From Candidatus Pacearchaeota archaeon (GTDB taxonomy: Archaea > Nanobdellota > Nanobdellia > Pacearchaeales > GW2011-AR1), in contig JAFCEE010000003.1 in the NCBI GenBank assembly GCA_017609285.1, positions 11,529 through 75,528 on the forward strand: a DNA stretch of 64,000 bases. The letters run 5' to 3'. The position numbers and the translations under genes are program-made. The notes under the pieces are model-generated. The model was given only the letters and a program-made list of their open reading frames with translations, did not search any database and was not told where the DNA came from. Numbering within the stretch: position 1 is the first letter of the stretch; each line of letters begins with the position of its first letter. Positions 47,340-57,159 of this stretch are shown piece after piece.

Positions 47340-49040
47340 TTATTTTCTTTCCTTAATTTCCTTTTTAATTTCAGAGATAAAATCTTCTGGTTTAACACCT
47401 AATCTCAATTTCTCCCCCCTATGCCTTATTGCGATGGTTTTTTCTTTTATTTCCCTATCTCCTATCACAATAATATAAGGAATTTTCATTAATTCAGCTT
47501 CTCTAACCTTGTTGTTTATTGTTTTGTCTTCTATATCTAAGTCAGCTCTTATTCCTTCTGATTTTAATTTTTCATAAAATTCTTTTGCTGCTTTTATGTT
47601 TCTGTCTGTAAATGATAAAACTCTAACTTGTATAGGGGAGAGCCAAATTGGTAAGTTGCCTTTGGTATGCTCTAACAAAATTCCAATAAACCTTTCTAAA
47701 CTTCCATAAAGAGTTCTGTGTATCATTACAGGCCTTTTTTTCTTGTTGTTTTTATCAGTATAAGTTAAATCAAATCTTTCGGGCATTGCAAAATCCACCT
47801 GTATTGTGGCAAGTTGCCATGTCCTACCTAATGAATCTTTAATATGAAAATCTATTTTTGGGCCGTAAAAGGCTCCCTCACCCTTGTTGATTTTATATTT
47901 CATTTTCTTTTTTTTCAAAACGTTTTCAAGAATTTTTTCTGCCTTATTCCACTGCTCGTCTGTTCCTATTCTTTTTGCTGGTCTAGTAGAAAGTTCAACA
48001 TAGTAATCTAAATTAAATTTTTTGTAAATCTTATCTGCTAATTCCATAATATTGCTTATTTCTTGCTCTAGTTGTTTTTCTTCGCAATAAATGTGAGCAT
48101 CATCTTGTGTAAATTGAATAACTCTAAATAATCCTCCTAAAACTCCTGAAAGCTCCTGCCTATGAACAACTCCTAATTCTCCAACTCTCAACGGCAAATC
48201 TTTATAACTCTTGGGCTTGTTCTTAAAAACCAACATTCCTCCTGGACAATTCATAGGTTTAATTGCAAAAATTCTTTTTTCATACTCAGTTAAAAAAATA
48301 TTTTCTTTATATTTTTCCCAATGTCCTGAAATCTGCCACAATCTTTTATCTAAAATTTGAGGAGTTTTGATTTCCTTATAACCTGCCTTTGTATGAATTT
48401 CTCTCCAAAATTTAATCAACTCATTATAAATTATCAATCCGTTGTTGTGCCAAAAAACCATTCCGGGAGCAGTTTCATTAAAACTAAACAAGTCCATTTG
48501 CTGCCCTAAAATTCTGTGATCATTTTTTTTAAGTTTAGAAATATCTAATTTTGTTTTTGAAATTTCTTTTAAAAGTTTTTTATAATCATATACTTCTTTT
48601 TCTTCCTCACCTTCCTTTCCACTCATAATTTCTCTACTTAATTCAGCTAAAGGATGTCCCTTACATTTTAATTCAAACTTTTTATAGTAACCGAAAGGAG
48701 CCCTTATAACAGAAAATTTTTTATCTTTTTTAAGTTGAGATTCTGTTTCTTTAAGCAGTTTAATTGCTGTTTCTGGGTTAGCAAGATTAGAAGAAAGATG
48801 AGCATAAGGATAAAGAACTATTGTTTTTGCTTTTACTTGTTTTGCTATATCCTTAATTTCTTTTACTAACTTTTCAGCAGCCAAGTTTGAGTCGGATTTC
48901 TCTACAGCTACAAAAATAACTAAAGCTTCTCTAACCTCTTTTTCCTTTTTTTCTTCTTCAGTTAGCTTTTCAGGCTCTTTCAAAGCTTTTTTTAAAGCTC
49001 TGAACTTAATATAATCTACATGCAGGGATAAAATTTTCAT
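47340..49040 (-). CDS. thrS: Threonyl-tRNA synthetase, archaeal type with N-terminal archaea-specific editing domain
   Basis: N-terminus MKILSLHVDYIKFRALKKALKEPE...VLYPYAHLSSNLA...APFGYYKKFELKCKGHPLAELSREI (archaeal ThrRS editing domain). Class II core FRVIQFTQDDAHIY, GEGAFYGPKID and HRTLYGSLERF. Anticodon-binding C-terminus. Confidence 0.95.
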   Translation of the reverse strand: MKILSLHVDYIKFRALKKALKEPEKLTEEEKKEKEVREALVIFVAVEKSDSNLAAEKLVKEIKDIAKQVKAKTIVLYPYAHLSSNLANPETAIKLLKETESQLKKDKKFSVIRAPFGYYKKFELKCKGHPLAELSREIMSGKEGEEEKEVYDYKKLLKEISKTKLDISKLKKNDHRILGQQMDLFSFNETAPGMVFWHNNGLIIYNELIKFWREIHTKAGYKEIKTPQILDKRLWQISGHWEKYKENIFLTEYEKRIFAIKPMNCPGGMLVFKNKPKSYKDLPLRVGELGVVHRQELSGVLGGLFRVIQFTQDDAHIYCEEKQLEQEISNIMELADKIYKKFNLDYYVELSTRPAKRIGTDEQWNKAEKILENVLKKKKMKYKINKGEGAFYGPKIDFHIKDSLGRTWQLATIQVDFAMPERFDLTYTDKNNKKKRPVMIHRTLYGSLERFIGILLEHTKGNLPIWLSPIQVRVLSFTDRNIKAAKEFYEKLKSEGIRADLDIEDKTINNKVREAELMKIPYIIVIGDREIKEKTIAIRHRGEKLRLGVKPEDFISEIKKEIKERK

Positions 49041-49114
49041 GTCAAAAAAAGAGAAAAGAGATTTATAAAACTAACTAAAAATAAAATAAAAAAATATAAA
49101 TAAAAAATAAAAAT

Positions 49115-49540
49115 TTAAACAACTGTTCCTCTTATAGATCCTGTTGATGTTTGATTTAAAACACCGCCGGATTTCATGAAAGTTACTGTTACATCTCCTT
49201 TGAATCTGTCTCCAGAATTTAAAGTACAGGATACTGGAATTGTTGCTGTAGAACCATCAGAGATGTCTGTTGGTGTTGTGTAAGAGCCGCAATTTTCTAC
49301 CTCAACATTATTTATTGTTATATCATCTCCTAAACCGTTCCTTATAACCAGAGTTACTCCTGTAGTAGTTATGGTATACTCATCGCAGCCAAGTGGTGCA
49401 TTTAACATACAGGCGCTTGGAACATACCTACTAGGGCTAAAAACGCCGAAGTAAGCTAAAACACCTATAACTATAATTGCCGCTAAAATAGCCCATCCAT
49501 AAGTCATTAAGAACTCCATTGCTGCTTGTCCTTTTTTCAT
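49115..49540 (-). CDS. Archaeal type IV pilin (class III signal peptide, DUF361-like), candidate major pilin
   Basis: MKKGQAAMEFLMTYGWAILAAIIVIGVLAYF (KG/QAAMEFL...). Strong GGAGGT Shine-Dalgarno 7 nt upstream. 141 aa. Confidence 0.75.
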   Translation of the reverse strand: MKKGQAAMEFLMTYGWAILAAIIVIGVLAYFGVFSPSRYVPSACMLNAPLGCDEYTITTTGVTLVIRNGLGDDITINNVEVENCGSYTTPTDISDGSTATIPVSCTLNSGDRFKGDVTVTFMKSGGVLNQTSTGSIRGTVV

Positions 49541-49718
49541 TTTTACCTCCTTTTTTTACTTAAATTAGTATTATATTGTAAGGAGTATATTTAAATCTAT
49601 CGATAGAACATTTAAGATAAACGAGAAATAAAAAATCCATCAAACAGTTCATAAATCGGAAAGGTTTATATATCTTAAAGTTCTTCAAAATATATTATTC
49701 CGGCGGATAGCCATAAAA

Positions 49719-52265
49719 ATGAGAAAAAATAAAAAAGGGTTGAGCCAAATAATTGTAACAATTCTCTTGATTTTGCTTATAATTTTAGCAACAGGAATTT
49801 TTTGGACTACAACAAAAAAAGTTTTCTATAAAAAACCTTTAGAGATTGAGTCACTCATGACTAATTTAAGAATAACAGGTTATAATATTTCAGAAAATCT
49901 TGCTATAATAAGTTTAACCAGAGACCCTGGCGGAGGCGAACTTTTAGGTGTTGCTTTTGTTTTTTATAATGAAACTTCTAATTATATTCATAAAGATTAT
50001 AGACCCATAGCAGAATTAGAAACAAAAACATTTGTTATAGAATTCAAAGATAAAATTTCAGATATCATTAAAATAGAAATCCGTCCAATATTTAAAACAG
50101 AAGAAAAAAAGGAGGATATAGGAAAGCCACAATCTGCTTTAACAAAAACAGAATCTGGATGGATAGTTACTTCTGGGGGTGGAGGAGGTGGAGGCAGGAC
50201 CCCCACTCCACAACCAACACCCTCGCCACCAACACCAACAGTTTATTGGGCTAATTTAGAAGGTGAAGAAATAACTACTGCTACATTAGGAGATACTGTT
50301 TATTTATATTTTATAAATTCAGGATTGCCTCAGGATACAGAAATTTATTTTGAAATTTACGAAAAAGACAGTTTGTTAGTTGGAGACATAGCCCAATTTG
50401 ACGATTTTATTAGAGTAGGAGAAAATAACATTACAGGAACAGTTGATTCAAGTGGAAAGGCAATTGCCACATGGACTATAACACAAGAAGATTATAATTT
50501 AGCGAGTGGAAAATATGAAGAAGGGAATTTAGAATTTTACTTTACTGCTAAAGGAAAGAACTCTGATTATTTATATGTATCTGAACAAGAATGTATTCCA
50601 GATTGCATTGATAAAGAATGTGGTGATGACGGTTGTGGAGGTAGTTGTGGTTCTTGCCCTGCAGGAGAAGAATGTAGTTTTGGAATCTGCATTAATCCTC
50701 TCGAATTAAAACCAGATATGAAAATTAAATTATGGGCTATTCAAGGAAATACTTTTACTGAAACAAGAACAATTTATCTCCCACTCTATGAACAATATGG
50801 AATTGATGTAATTCAAAATGGTTGGGCTGGAATTTTTGCAGGAGATAATTTCCCTTCAAGAGTGGGCTATTGGGCTGGAAACGCCTCATTATATAATATG
50901 GAACTTCATACATATATTAAAACTTATGGGAGTGATATAACCCCTGTAGATTCTGTTTCAAGTTTAGAAATTTGGCCTGATAATTTTAAAGCAATTATGA
51001 TGGATAGTGAAAATAAAGACAGTATTGAAATTCAAGACGCGAGATTTAGTCCTTACAAGGATGTTATTCCTTCAGATGTAAAATTAATTGCTCCTGAAGG
51101 TCCTCACATAAGTTCAAGTATCGAAAGACAATATACTGAAATAGGACAAGTTTGGGGAAGAGTATTTGGATGGGACTGGAAAGTAGTTGATGAAGATGGA
51201 ACAACAAACACAATACAGGATTGTAGGAGGGTTACAGATCTACCAGCTATTATGTATATAGCAGAAAGACAGGGTTTTGGAAATTCTAAATATGGGAATA
51301 AAGAAATTTATATAGGGGCCCAATTACTTAATACATATAAAGAAAAGTTCAATAGTTCTGAAAAAACTAATCCAACTTCTAAAGACTGGTATGAATCTTC
51401 TAAAGAATTTCCAGAAAATGTTAGGTCCTCAATTTATCTTATTGCTCAAGCAAGTTTAAAATCAGCTCACGGTGTTCATTGGGGGCTTCACAAATATAGT
51501 CTTGAAGATTCAATAGATATTTTAGAAAACTTAAAATTAGCTTATGATACTGTAAATTCTCAAAAAATAACTTATGATGCTCATGCGATTAACCCTGTTG
51601 TTGGTGTTTTGATAGACGAAAAAACTAATGTTAACTCGGGGGGGATGAGAGTTATGTGGGAGATGGTCATAAGAGGAAACATCCCTTTTGAAGTTATTTA
51701 TGAAGAAGATTTAACATCAGAGAATCTTGCAAATTATGAGGTATTATTAATACCTCATTTAGATAATGAGAATATTCTAGAATTCGCATCTGATCAACAA
51801 CTAAATTTAAAAAATTTTGGAGAGAATAAATTAATTTTAACAGAGCATAGGGATGCGGCATATACTCCAAAACCTTCATGGGTTACTCCTTTATTATCTG
51901 GCTCACACCATATTTTAAGGTTAGATATAGTTCCTGAAAATTATAACAATTATTGTAATGGATATGAACCTTGTAGAGAGCCAAAACCAACTTTCAGTGG
52001 GTTCAGTGGTTTTATGTATGTAAATGCGAGTTGGAGAAATCCTGGAGAGAATTATTTTCATTATAATGAAACTCAATATCATTATGATGAGAGAATGGAG
52101 TGGTTAATTAGAGATTATCAAAGTAAAATTTATGAAAAAACAGGAGTAAGTCCTTGCAATGAAAATTACAATATCATATGTAAAGAATTTATAATGAATG
52201 GAAAAAGGTATGTCTGGAATGTTAATACAACAGATGGAACAATGGAAATAAAAGCTCTTGATTAA
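49719..52265 (+). CDS. 848-aa pilin-fusion protein: class-III-signal pilin module, poly-Gly/Pro-Thr linker, beta-sandwich, Cys-knot-like module and a ~520-aa unassigned domain
   Basis: MRKNKKGLSQIIVTILLILLIILATG. Linker SGGGGGGGRTPTPQPTPSPPTPT (nt 50171-50240). CIPDCIDKECGDDGCGGSCGSCPAGEECSFGICI. The C-terminal domain contains IPFEVIYEEDLTSENLANYEVLLIPHL, reminiscent of GH42-type trimerisation/GATase-like folds (weak). Confidence 0.65.
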   Translation: MRKNKKGLSQIIVTILLILLIILATGIFWTTTKKVFYKKPLEIESLMTNLRITGYNISENLAIISLTRDPGGGELLGVAFVFYNETSNYIHKDYRPIAELETKTFVIEFKDKISDIIKIEIRPIFKTEEKKEDIGKPQSALTKTESGWIVTSGGGGGGGRTPTPQPTPSPPTPTVYWANLEGEEITTATLGDTVYLYFINSGLPQDTEIYFEIYEKDSLLVGDIAQFDDFIRVGENNITGTVDSSGKAIATWTITQEDYNLASGKYEEGNLEFYFTAKGKNSDYLYVSEQECIPDCIDKECGDDGCGGSCGSCPAGEECSFGICINPLELKPDMKIKLWAIQGNTFTETRTIYLPLYEQYGIDVIQNGWAGIFAGDNFPSRVGYWAGNASLYNMELHTYIKTYGSDITPVDSVSSLEIWPDNFKAIMMDSENKDSIEIQDARFSPYKDVIPSDVKLIAPEGPHISSSIERQYTEIGQVWGRVFGWDWKVVDEDGTTNTIQDCRRVTDLPAIMYIAERQGFGNSKYGNKEIYIGAQLLNTYKEKFNSSEKTNPTSKDWYESSKEFPENVRSSIYLIAQASLKSAHGVHWGLHKYSLEDSIDILENLKLAYDTVNSQKITYDAHAINPVVGVLIDEKTNVNSGGMRVMWEMVIRGNIPFEVIYEEDLTSENLANYEVLLIPHLDNENILEFASDQQLNLKNFGENKLILTEHRDAAYTPKPSWVTPLLSGSHHILRLDIVPENYNNYCNGYEPCREPKPTFSGFSGFMYVNASWRNPGENYFHYNETQYHYDERMEWLIRDYQSKIYEKTGVSPCNENYNIICKEFIMNGKRYVWNVNTTDGTMEIKALD

Positions 52266-52280
52266 TAAAACCTTATTTAT

Positions 52281-53204
52281 CTAACAACTTAATTGATATT
52301 TTGAACAATGAGAAGAATCAATTTTAAACCAAGAGGGCATTCCTTCTATAGAATAACTTTCAGGATTATTTGAGGAAAAATAAATATAATCAACAACACT
52401 TTTGCTTTGGACAAACAAGCCTTGAGCTGAAAGTTCAGGCAAATAAACAAAGCTTTCGATACCATATTCACTTGCTTCCTTTTTTCCTTCTAATCTATTA
52501 ATAAAACTAGGAGCTAATGGATTAGAAGCATAATACTTATTCTCTAAATGTAAAGAAAGGTTCGTTGTGTCTGAGCCGGAAACATAATTTCCTTCATAAA
52601 GAGTTTTATTAATTTTTCTTGAAACTTTTCCTAAGGTTTCCACAATATATATAGGATCTTCAAATCCTTCTACACCTATATATGCTTTTATGTTTTCTTT
52701 TTTATACCATCTTGCTAATCCAGACTTATCTTTAAGTTCTAAAGTTGCGTTAAAATAAACCACGACATTCCAAGGATCTTCTTGACTAACACCGACTTTA
52801 ATGTCAGAAAGATTAATTATTAGATTCATTTTGTCTGCTTTTTCTTGTATCTTTTCTTGTATTTCTGTTATTGTAGTGTCTTGTAAAATTTCTGAAGCAT
52901 CTCCATATATTGTTCCATTTAAAATTGCTTCATTAAATAATTCTGAGAAATTTGATATATAATTACCTGTTTTAGTTATGTAGTCTTCAGCTGAAAAGAT
53001 AATTCTGAAACCAGAAGTGTAAAGTTGTCTTTCAAGGTCTTTTTCTGTAGATAAAAGAAAGGATTCCATTGTTTTTATTCTTGTTTTTATTGTTTGCCTT
53101 TCATACAATACACTATAGATTTCAGAAGATACAAAGAACAATAAAAGCAAAGAAATAGCTATTAAAGTGAATATCTGGCCTTTTTTGTTTCTCACTAAAT
53201 CCAT
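52281..53204 (-). CDS. Pilin-like protein, 307 aa (class III signal peptide), ending in a C-terminal Cys
   Basis: MDLVRNKKGQIFTLIAISLLLLFFV (KKG/QIFTL). The C-terminus is ...SHCSKYQLSC. It overlaps the ICMT-like gene by 10 nt. Confidence 0.6.
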   Translation of the reverse strand: MDLVRNKKGQIFTLIAISLLLLFFVSSEIYSVLYERQTIKTRIKTMESFLLSTEKDLERQLYTSGFRIIFSAEDYITKTGNYISNFSELFNEAILNGTIYGDASEILQDTTITEIQEKIQEKADKMNLIINLSDIKVGVSQEDPWNVVVYFNATLELKDKSGLARWYKKENIKAYIGVEGFEDPIYIVETLGKVSRKINKTLYEGNYVSGSDTTNLSLHLENKYYASNPLAPSFINRLEGKKEASEYGIESFVYLPELSAQGLFVQSKSVVDYIYFSSNNPESYSIEGMPSWFKIDSSHCSKYQLSC

Positions 53205-53659
53205 TTTCTTACCTTTCTTTTATAATCTAAATATTTTCTCCCAAATTTTTTCTCTAAATTTTTCTCCTCAAGAGGAATAGTCCAAATGTTTGTCATAATA
53301 ATAAACAGCAGAGGAAATAAAAAAGTTATTATTGAGCCAAGTAAAATTGCTTCCCCAAACAAAATCAAAGCCATGCCGAGATATATAGGATTTCTGCTTA
53401 TTTTAAAAACTCCTGATGTGATGAGCACTTGCGGAACTTCATTTGGTTTCATTGTGTTTTTTTCCTTTTTATAAACAAAATATACATGTAAATTAAAATA
53501 TATTCCTAAGACAATTAATAATATTCCTAGGTAGTTATATGGGAGGCTTACTACTTTTTTAATTGGAAAAACATAATGCAAAATTATATTTAATACAACC
53601 ATTATCATAAAATAATTGGGCGGCATTATTTTCAATTTCTTTCCCATTTTTATCTCCAT
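53195..53659 (-). CDS. Isoprenylcysteine carboxyl methyltransferase (ICMT)/PEMT-family membrane methyltransferase
   Basis: LITSGVFKISRNPIYLGMALILFGEAILLGS...IPLEEKNLEKKFGRKYLDYKRKVRKWI matches the ICMT-family pattern (G.y...RhPmY.g..l...g......EE..L...FG..Y..Y...v....P). Four to five TM helices. Confidence 0.75.
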   Translation of the reverse strand: MEIKMGKKLKIMPPNYFMIMVVLNIILHYVFPIKKVVSLPYNYLGILLIVLGIYFNLHVYFVYKKEKNTMKPNEVPQVLITSGVFKISRNPIYLGMALILFGEAILLGSIITFLFPLLFIIMTNIWTIPLEEKNLEKKFGRKYLDYKRKVRKWI

Positions 53660-56283
53660 ACTCTAACCTGGACTTCATTACTATAAGTATAAGGGATTCC
53701 TGTAATTTCACTTGAACTTATTTGTAAATCTTGTTCTGAAAATTTGCTATCGACTCTACCATCGGAATTCAAATCTAAATTTGTTAATAAATCATAAACG
53801 GCATTCGAGATTGCATCATTTTCATTGTAAACTATTTTTTCACTAGTAAAATAACAAGCGTTATCTCCAGAGTAATTTTGGGGTACATTTATTGTAATAT
53901 TTGTAAAGTCATAAAACTCTATGTTCCAGGTACAGCCTTGAGAGGAAGCCACAATAGGTGAGTAACCTAAAGCCTGCTTTATTATTGTGTATATTATTTT
54001 GTTGGAATGGGAGCCTCCAGATGAGTTTGCTGGTGAAACTCCAGTAGTTATCTTTACTTCATTTTCACCTTTTTTTATTTTTTCTTTTGGTATATAAATA
54101 AAATAAGGGTCTCCTAACTCTAAATAATCCCCGCCATAAGAAGAAAGATCAAATATTTCTTGCCATGTTTCATTTAGTATACTAACCCTGTCTGTCCATC
54201 TCGGTCCTGAATATGAGACAGCTATAGCCTCTATAACTTCAGAATCTTGAGGGACAGAAAAGTTTCCTATTGAGATATCATTCCCAAACTCTTCTGATTC
54301 TGTAGTTATAATTAAACCATAAGGAGTTTCAGTTTCATAATCGAAATGCATATAAGAATCAGGATACAAAATAGTTTCATTAAATATGCCGCTTATGTTT
54401 GCTACCTGTTCTATAAATCCTAATTCAAGAATTTCTTGGGCTATGTTTGTATAAATATCTTGTAAAATATTTGGATTCTGGCTTGCATAATATTTGCCTT
54501 TACCACAATTAGCTATATTCTGTAAAGTTTTATTTGCCATATCACAATCAGAAACAGGGCCGAAACCTATTGCATAAACTTTAGCATTCATTTCATTCCT
54601 CAATCTACAGGAAGACCAATTTGCATTTTGGCTCGCACACCAACAATCGTTTACATCACAATCATCCACCCCACCATAACATCCAACCCCCCATCCCAAC
54701 CATAAACCCTCATTTCCCGGTGTGCCATCTCTTGTTCCTTCGCAACCAGAAGCTGCCTGGCATGTATGTGTAGGGATGCCGTCAGACATAACTATCACGA
54801 ATTTTTGCCTACTATCATTACTTTGCTCATTTAGAATATTGTAAGCATTGTTTTCAGAACAGCAAATACAAGTTCCTCCTCTTGGTGTATATTCATCTAT
54901 TTTTTGTTTTAGATAAGCTGAATTATTTGTTAAACCTTCTTGATAAACTCTTCCTTTGTAAGGGTTTGTTGTGTCTCCATAAAAAGCAGATAAAGCTACT
55001 CTATTCCCCGAGATATTTAGAATCATATCTACCACCATCTTATCTAAACATTTAGCTAAAGAAATTCTTTTTGTATCTGAGTTATATAACCTAGGATCAT
55101 CACATTCCCTACTTACACCTGAACGATCAGAATCCATTCTTGAATCCATGCTTCCACTTAAATCAGTAATTAAAACAACATCTGCATTTCCTTGTTTTAT
55201 TTTCTCCTGAATTTCATATAGGCCTAACCTTATTGGTATTGTCTTTTTACTTATCTCTTGATAATTAAGTAAAGATGAAAGTTGTGTGTTTGTTATTGTC
55301 TCTTGTTTGTCTCCAGAGCCCTCATAAACTGTTGTGTTTCCTATAGTTAGAAAAAGTTTATATGGACTGTAATAGTGTAAAAAGATTTCCATTCCTGTTA
55401 TATCAAAAGGAGAATAAAAAGAATCATAGATGTTTATTATTCCTTCTATACCTGGAAAAAATTTTTTCTTTTCTTGGGCAGGCGTAGTATCATCAAAATT
55501 TATTTTTATATAGCCTCCAGCTATGTATAAGTTTTCTCCTCTTAACTCGAGGATATTCTCACCGGAATGAAAGTTAGTTATAGGTATGGTGCACTTTTGA
55601 GGCGAGTAAAGGGGGGTTATCTTTTCATAATGTGCTTCAAAATTTTCATTCACATATAAATCAAAATCTTTATTGATTGCTATTTCCATTAAAGCAGATT
55701 TTATGTTGCCCTCATAATCTATTCTAACAGAAAGATTTCCATCACCAACATAACCGCCAAAATAAAAGTATTTAACATTACTTGCCCTTTCCAAGAAAGC
55801 GCGGGCTGAAAACCCCCTCACATTTTCGCCTTTTTCTATCCCACTTATGATTTGTCTTGAGATCCATATTTGTTCTGCTTGTTCTATTGGCGTTGTATTA
55901 TAAGAAGCTATTAGTTCATCATCAAACCATATTCCTATGTTATTTTCTGGTGAAAGTTCTGAAAGTATATTTTCAGTTAATGTTTCAGCTTCAGGCATAC
56001 CTTTTGCATAAAACTCTATTATCTGCTCCAAAATTGTTAAATTTCCAGACGCCTTATTTTCTGCGAGAAGTTGGGAAACATAAGAATTATTAATCTCATT
56101 TGTTTTTAATGTTGACAGAATAGACAACAAATCATTTTGTATTTCTACTTGTATAGTTTCTTGTTTAGTTACTGGCTTGATAACTAAAATAACTGCAAGA
56201 ATCACAACTAAAGCTATAAATGCATCTAAGGTATAATAATAAGCCTTTTTTCCTTTTATTTTTAACATTTTAATTCCACACAT
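53650..56283 (-). CDS. 877-aa pilin-like-anchored von Willebrand factor A (vWA) domain protein, Cys-rich
   Basis: N-terminus KGKKAYYYTLDAFIALVVILAVILVI. MIDAS ADVVLITDLSGSMDS (nt ~55150-55185) with downstream FVIVMSDGIPT. A Cys-rich insert CQAASGCEG...GCYGGVDDCDVNDCWC. The alternative ATG at 56268 gives a 1-nt gap after the upstream stop. Confidence 0.8.
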   Translation of the reverse strand: MCGIKMLKIKGKKAYYYTLDAFIALVVILAVILVIKPVTKQETIQVEIQNDLLSILSTLKTNEINNSYVSQLLAENKASGNLTILEQIIEFYAKGMPEAETLTENILSELSPENNIGIWFDDELIASYNTTPIEQAEQIWISRQIISGIEKGENVRGFSARAFLERASNVKYFYFGGYVGDGNLSVRIDYEGNIKSALMEIAINKDFDLYVNENFEAHYEKITPLYSPQKCTIPITNFHSGENILELRGENLYIAGGYIKINFDDTTPAQEKKKFFPGIEGIINIYDSFYSPFDITGMEIFLHYYSPYKLFLTIGNTTVYEGSGDKQETITNTQLSSLLNYQEISKKTIPIRLGLYEIQEKIKQGNADVVLITDLSGSMDSRMDSDRSGVSRECDDPRLYNSDTKRISLAKCLDKMVVDMILNISGNRVALSAFYGDTTNPYKGRVYQEGLTNNSAYLKQKIDEYTPRGGTCICCSENNAYNILNEQSNDSRQKFVIVMSDGIPTHTCQAASGCEGTRDGTPGNEGLWLGWGVGCYGGVDDCDVNDCWCASQNANWSSCRLRNEMNAKVYAIGFGPVSDCDMANKTLQNIANCGKGKYYASQNPNILQDIYTNIAQEILELGFIEQVANISGIFNETILYPDSYMHFDYETETPYGLIITTESEEFGNDISIGNFSVPQDSEVIEAIAVSYSGPRWTDRVSILNETWQEIFDLSSYGGDYLELGDPYFIYIPKEKIKKGENEVKITTGVSPANSSGGSHSNKIIYTIIKQALGYSPIVASSQGCTWNIEFYDFTNITINVPQNYSGDNACYFTSEKIVYNENDAISNAVYDLLTNLDLNSDGRVDSKFSEQDLQISSSEITGIPYTYSNEVQVRVWR

Positions 56284-56785
56284 ATAGTGTTAGTTTGACA
56301 GGTTTATTTTCATAAATCATAAACCTTTCAATCCTGACAAGATTTTTTTGTTCTGCCGGGATTTTTCCTATACCATCTATATCCTCACCCATAACCCTAA
56401 TTCCTGGAAAATAAAAATAAAAATCGTATCTTATGCCTAATAATTTTTTTAATTTTTTATAATCTTCCTCACTATCTGTTAGGTTATAGAAAAAATCCAG
56501 TTTAGTTTGATTTATTTTTTTCTGACTTAAAATTCCTGGAATTTCTACGTTGTCATAAGAAGTCCAGTTTTTTGGGCTTCCTTCTGATAAAATTAAATTT
56601 GAGAGAAGATATCCATCATAAAACATAGATTCTAAAATATCTCCTGAAGTTGAAACAAAATTTATTACATACACGTAAATAGCCACTATCCCAATTAAGA
56701 ATATAATTACAGCTATTATAAGATCAAATCCCCAAATCTGTCCTTGTTTTTCTGTATGATTAGGAGTTAAGATAAACCTTGCCAT
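56270..56785 (-). CDS. Pilin-like protein, 171 aa (class III signal peptide)
   Basis: TEKQGQIWGFDLIIAVIIFLIGIVAIYVY. It overlaps both neighbours. Confidence 0.55.
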   Translation of the reverse strand: MARFILTPNHTEKQGQIWGFDLIIAVIIFLIGIVAIYVYVINFVSTSGDILESMFYDGYLLSNLILSEGSPKNWTSYDNVEIPGILSQKKINQTKLDFFYNLTDSEEDYKKLKKLLGIRYDFYFYFPGIRVMGEDIDGIGKIPAEQKNLVRIERFMIYENKPVKLTLYVWN

Positions 56786-57149
56786 CTTGTTTTTTTATAA
56801 TATTCCTTCCTTTTTGTATTTGTCCATCTACCTCTTTTATTTTTAAAGAGAGCGCGTTCCTTGTTGTCTTGATATAAATGCTACCATCTACAATTTCTAT
56901 ACTATAATCTCTTCCTAAAATCAGTTCTGGAACTGAAAATTCTCTGATATAGCCATCAGAAGCTTCTGTAGCAATATTAATTTCATCTTGTATGCCTAAT
57001 GCTAAATTTTTAATAAGCAAATTTTCTTTTTCCTTACCTTTTTCCTCTGTTTGAGTCCCAATTGCAATAAAGAATACTGTGAAGGAGAATAATACTAATC
57101 CTAAAATAATTAAAAATTCTATGCCAGATTGACTTCTTCTCTTTTTCAT
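56760..57149 (-). CDS. Pilin-like protein, 129 aa (class III signal peptide, DUF361-like)
   Basis: MKKRRSQSGIEFLIILGLVLFSFTVFFIAI (QSGIEFLI motif). Confidence 0.65.
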   Translation of the reverse strand: MKKRRSQSGIEFLIILGLVLFSFTVFFIAIGTQTEEKGKEKENLLIKNLALGIQDEINIATEASDGYIREFSVPELILGRDYSIEIVDGSIYIKTTRNALSLKIKEVDGQIQKGRNIIKKQDGKVYLNS

Positions 57150-57159
57150 TTTTATTTTC

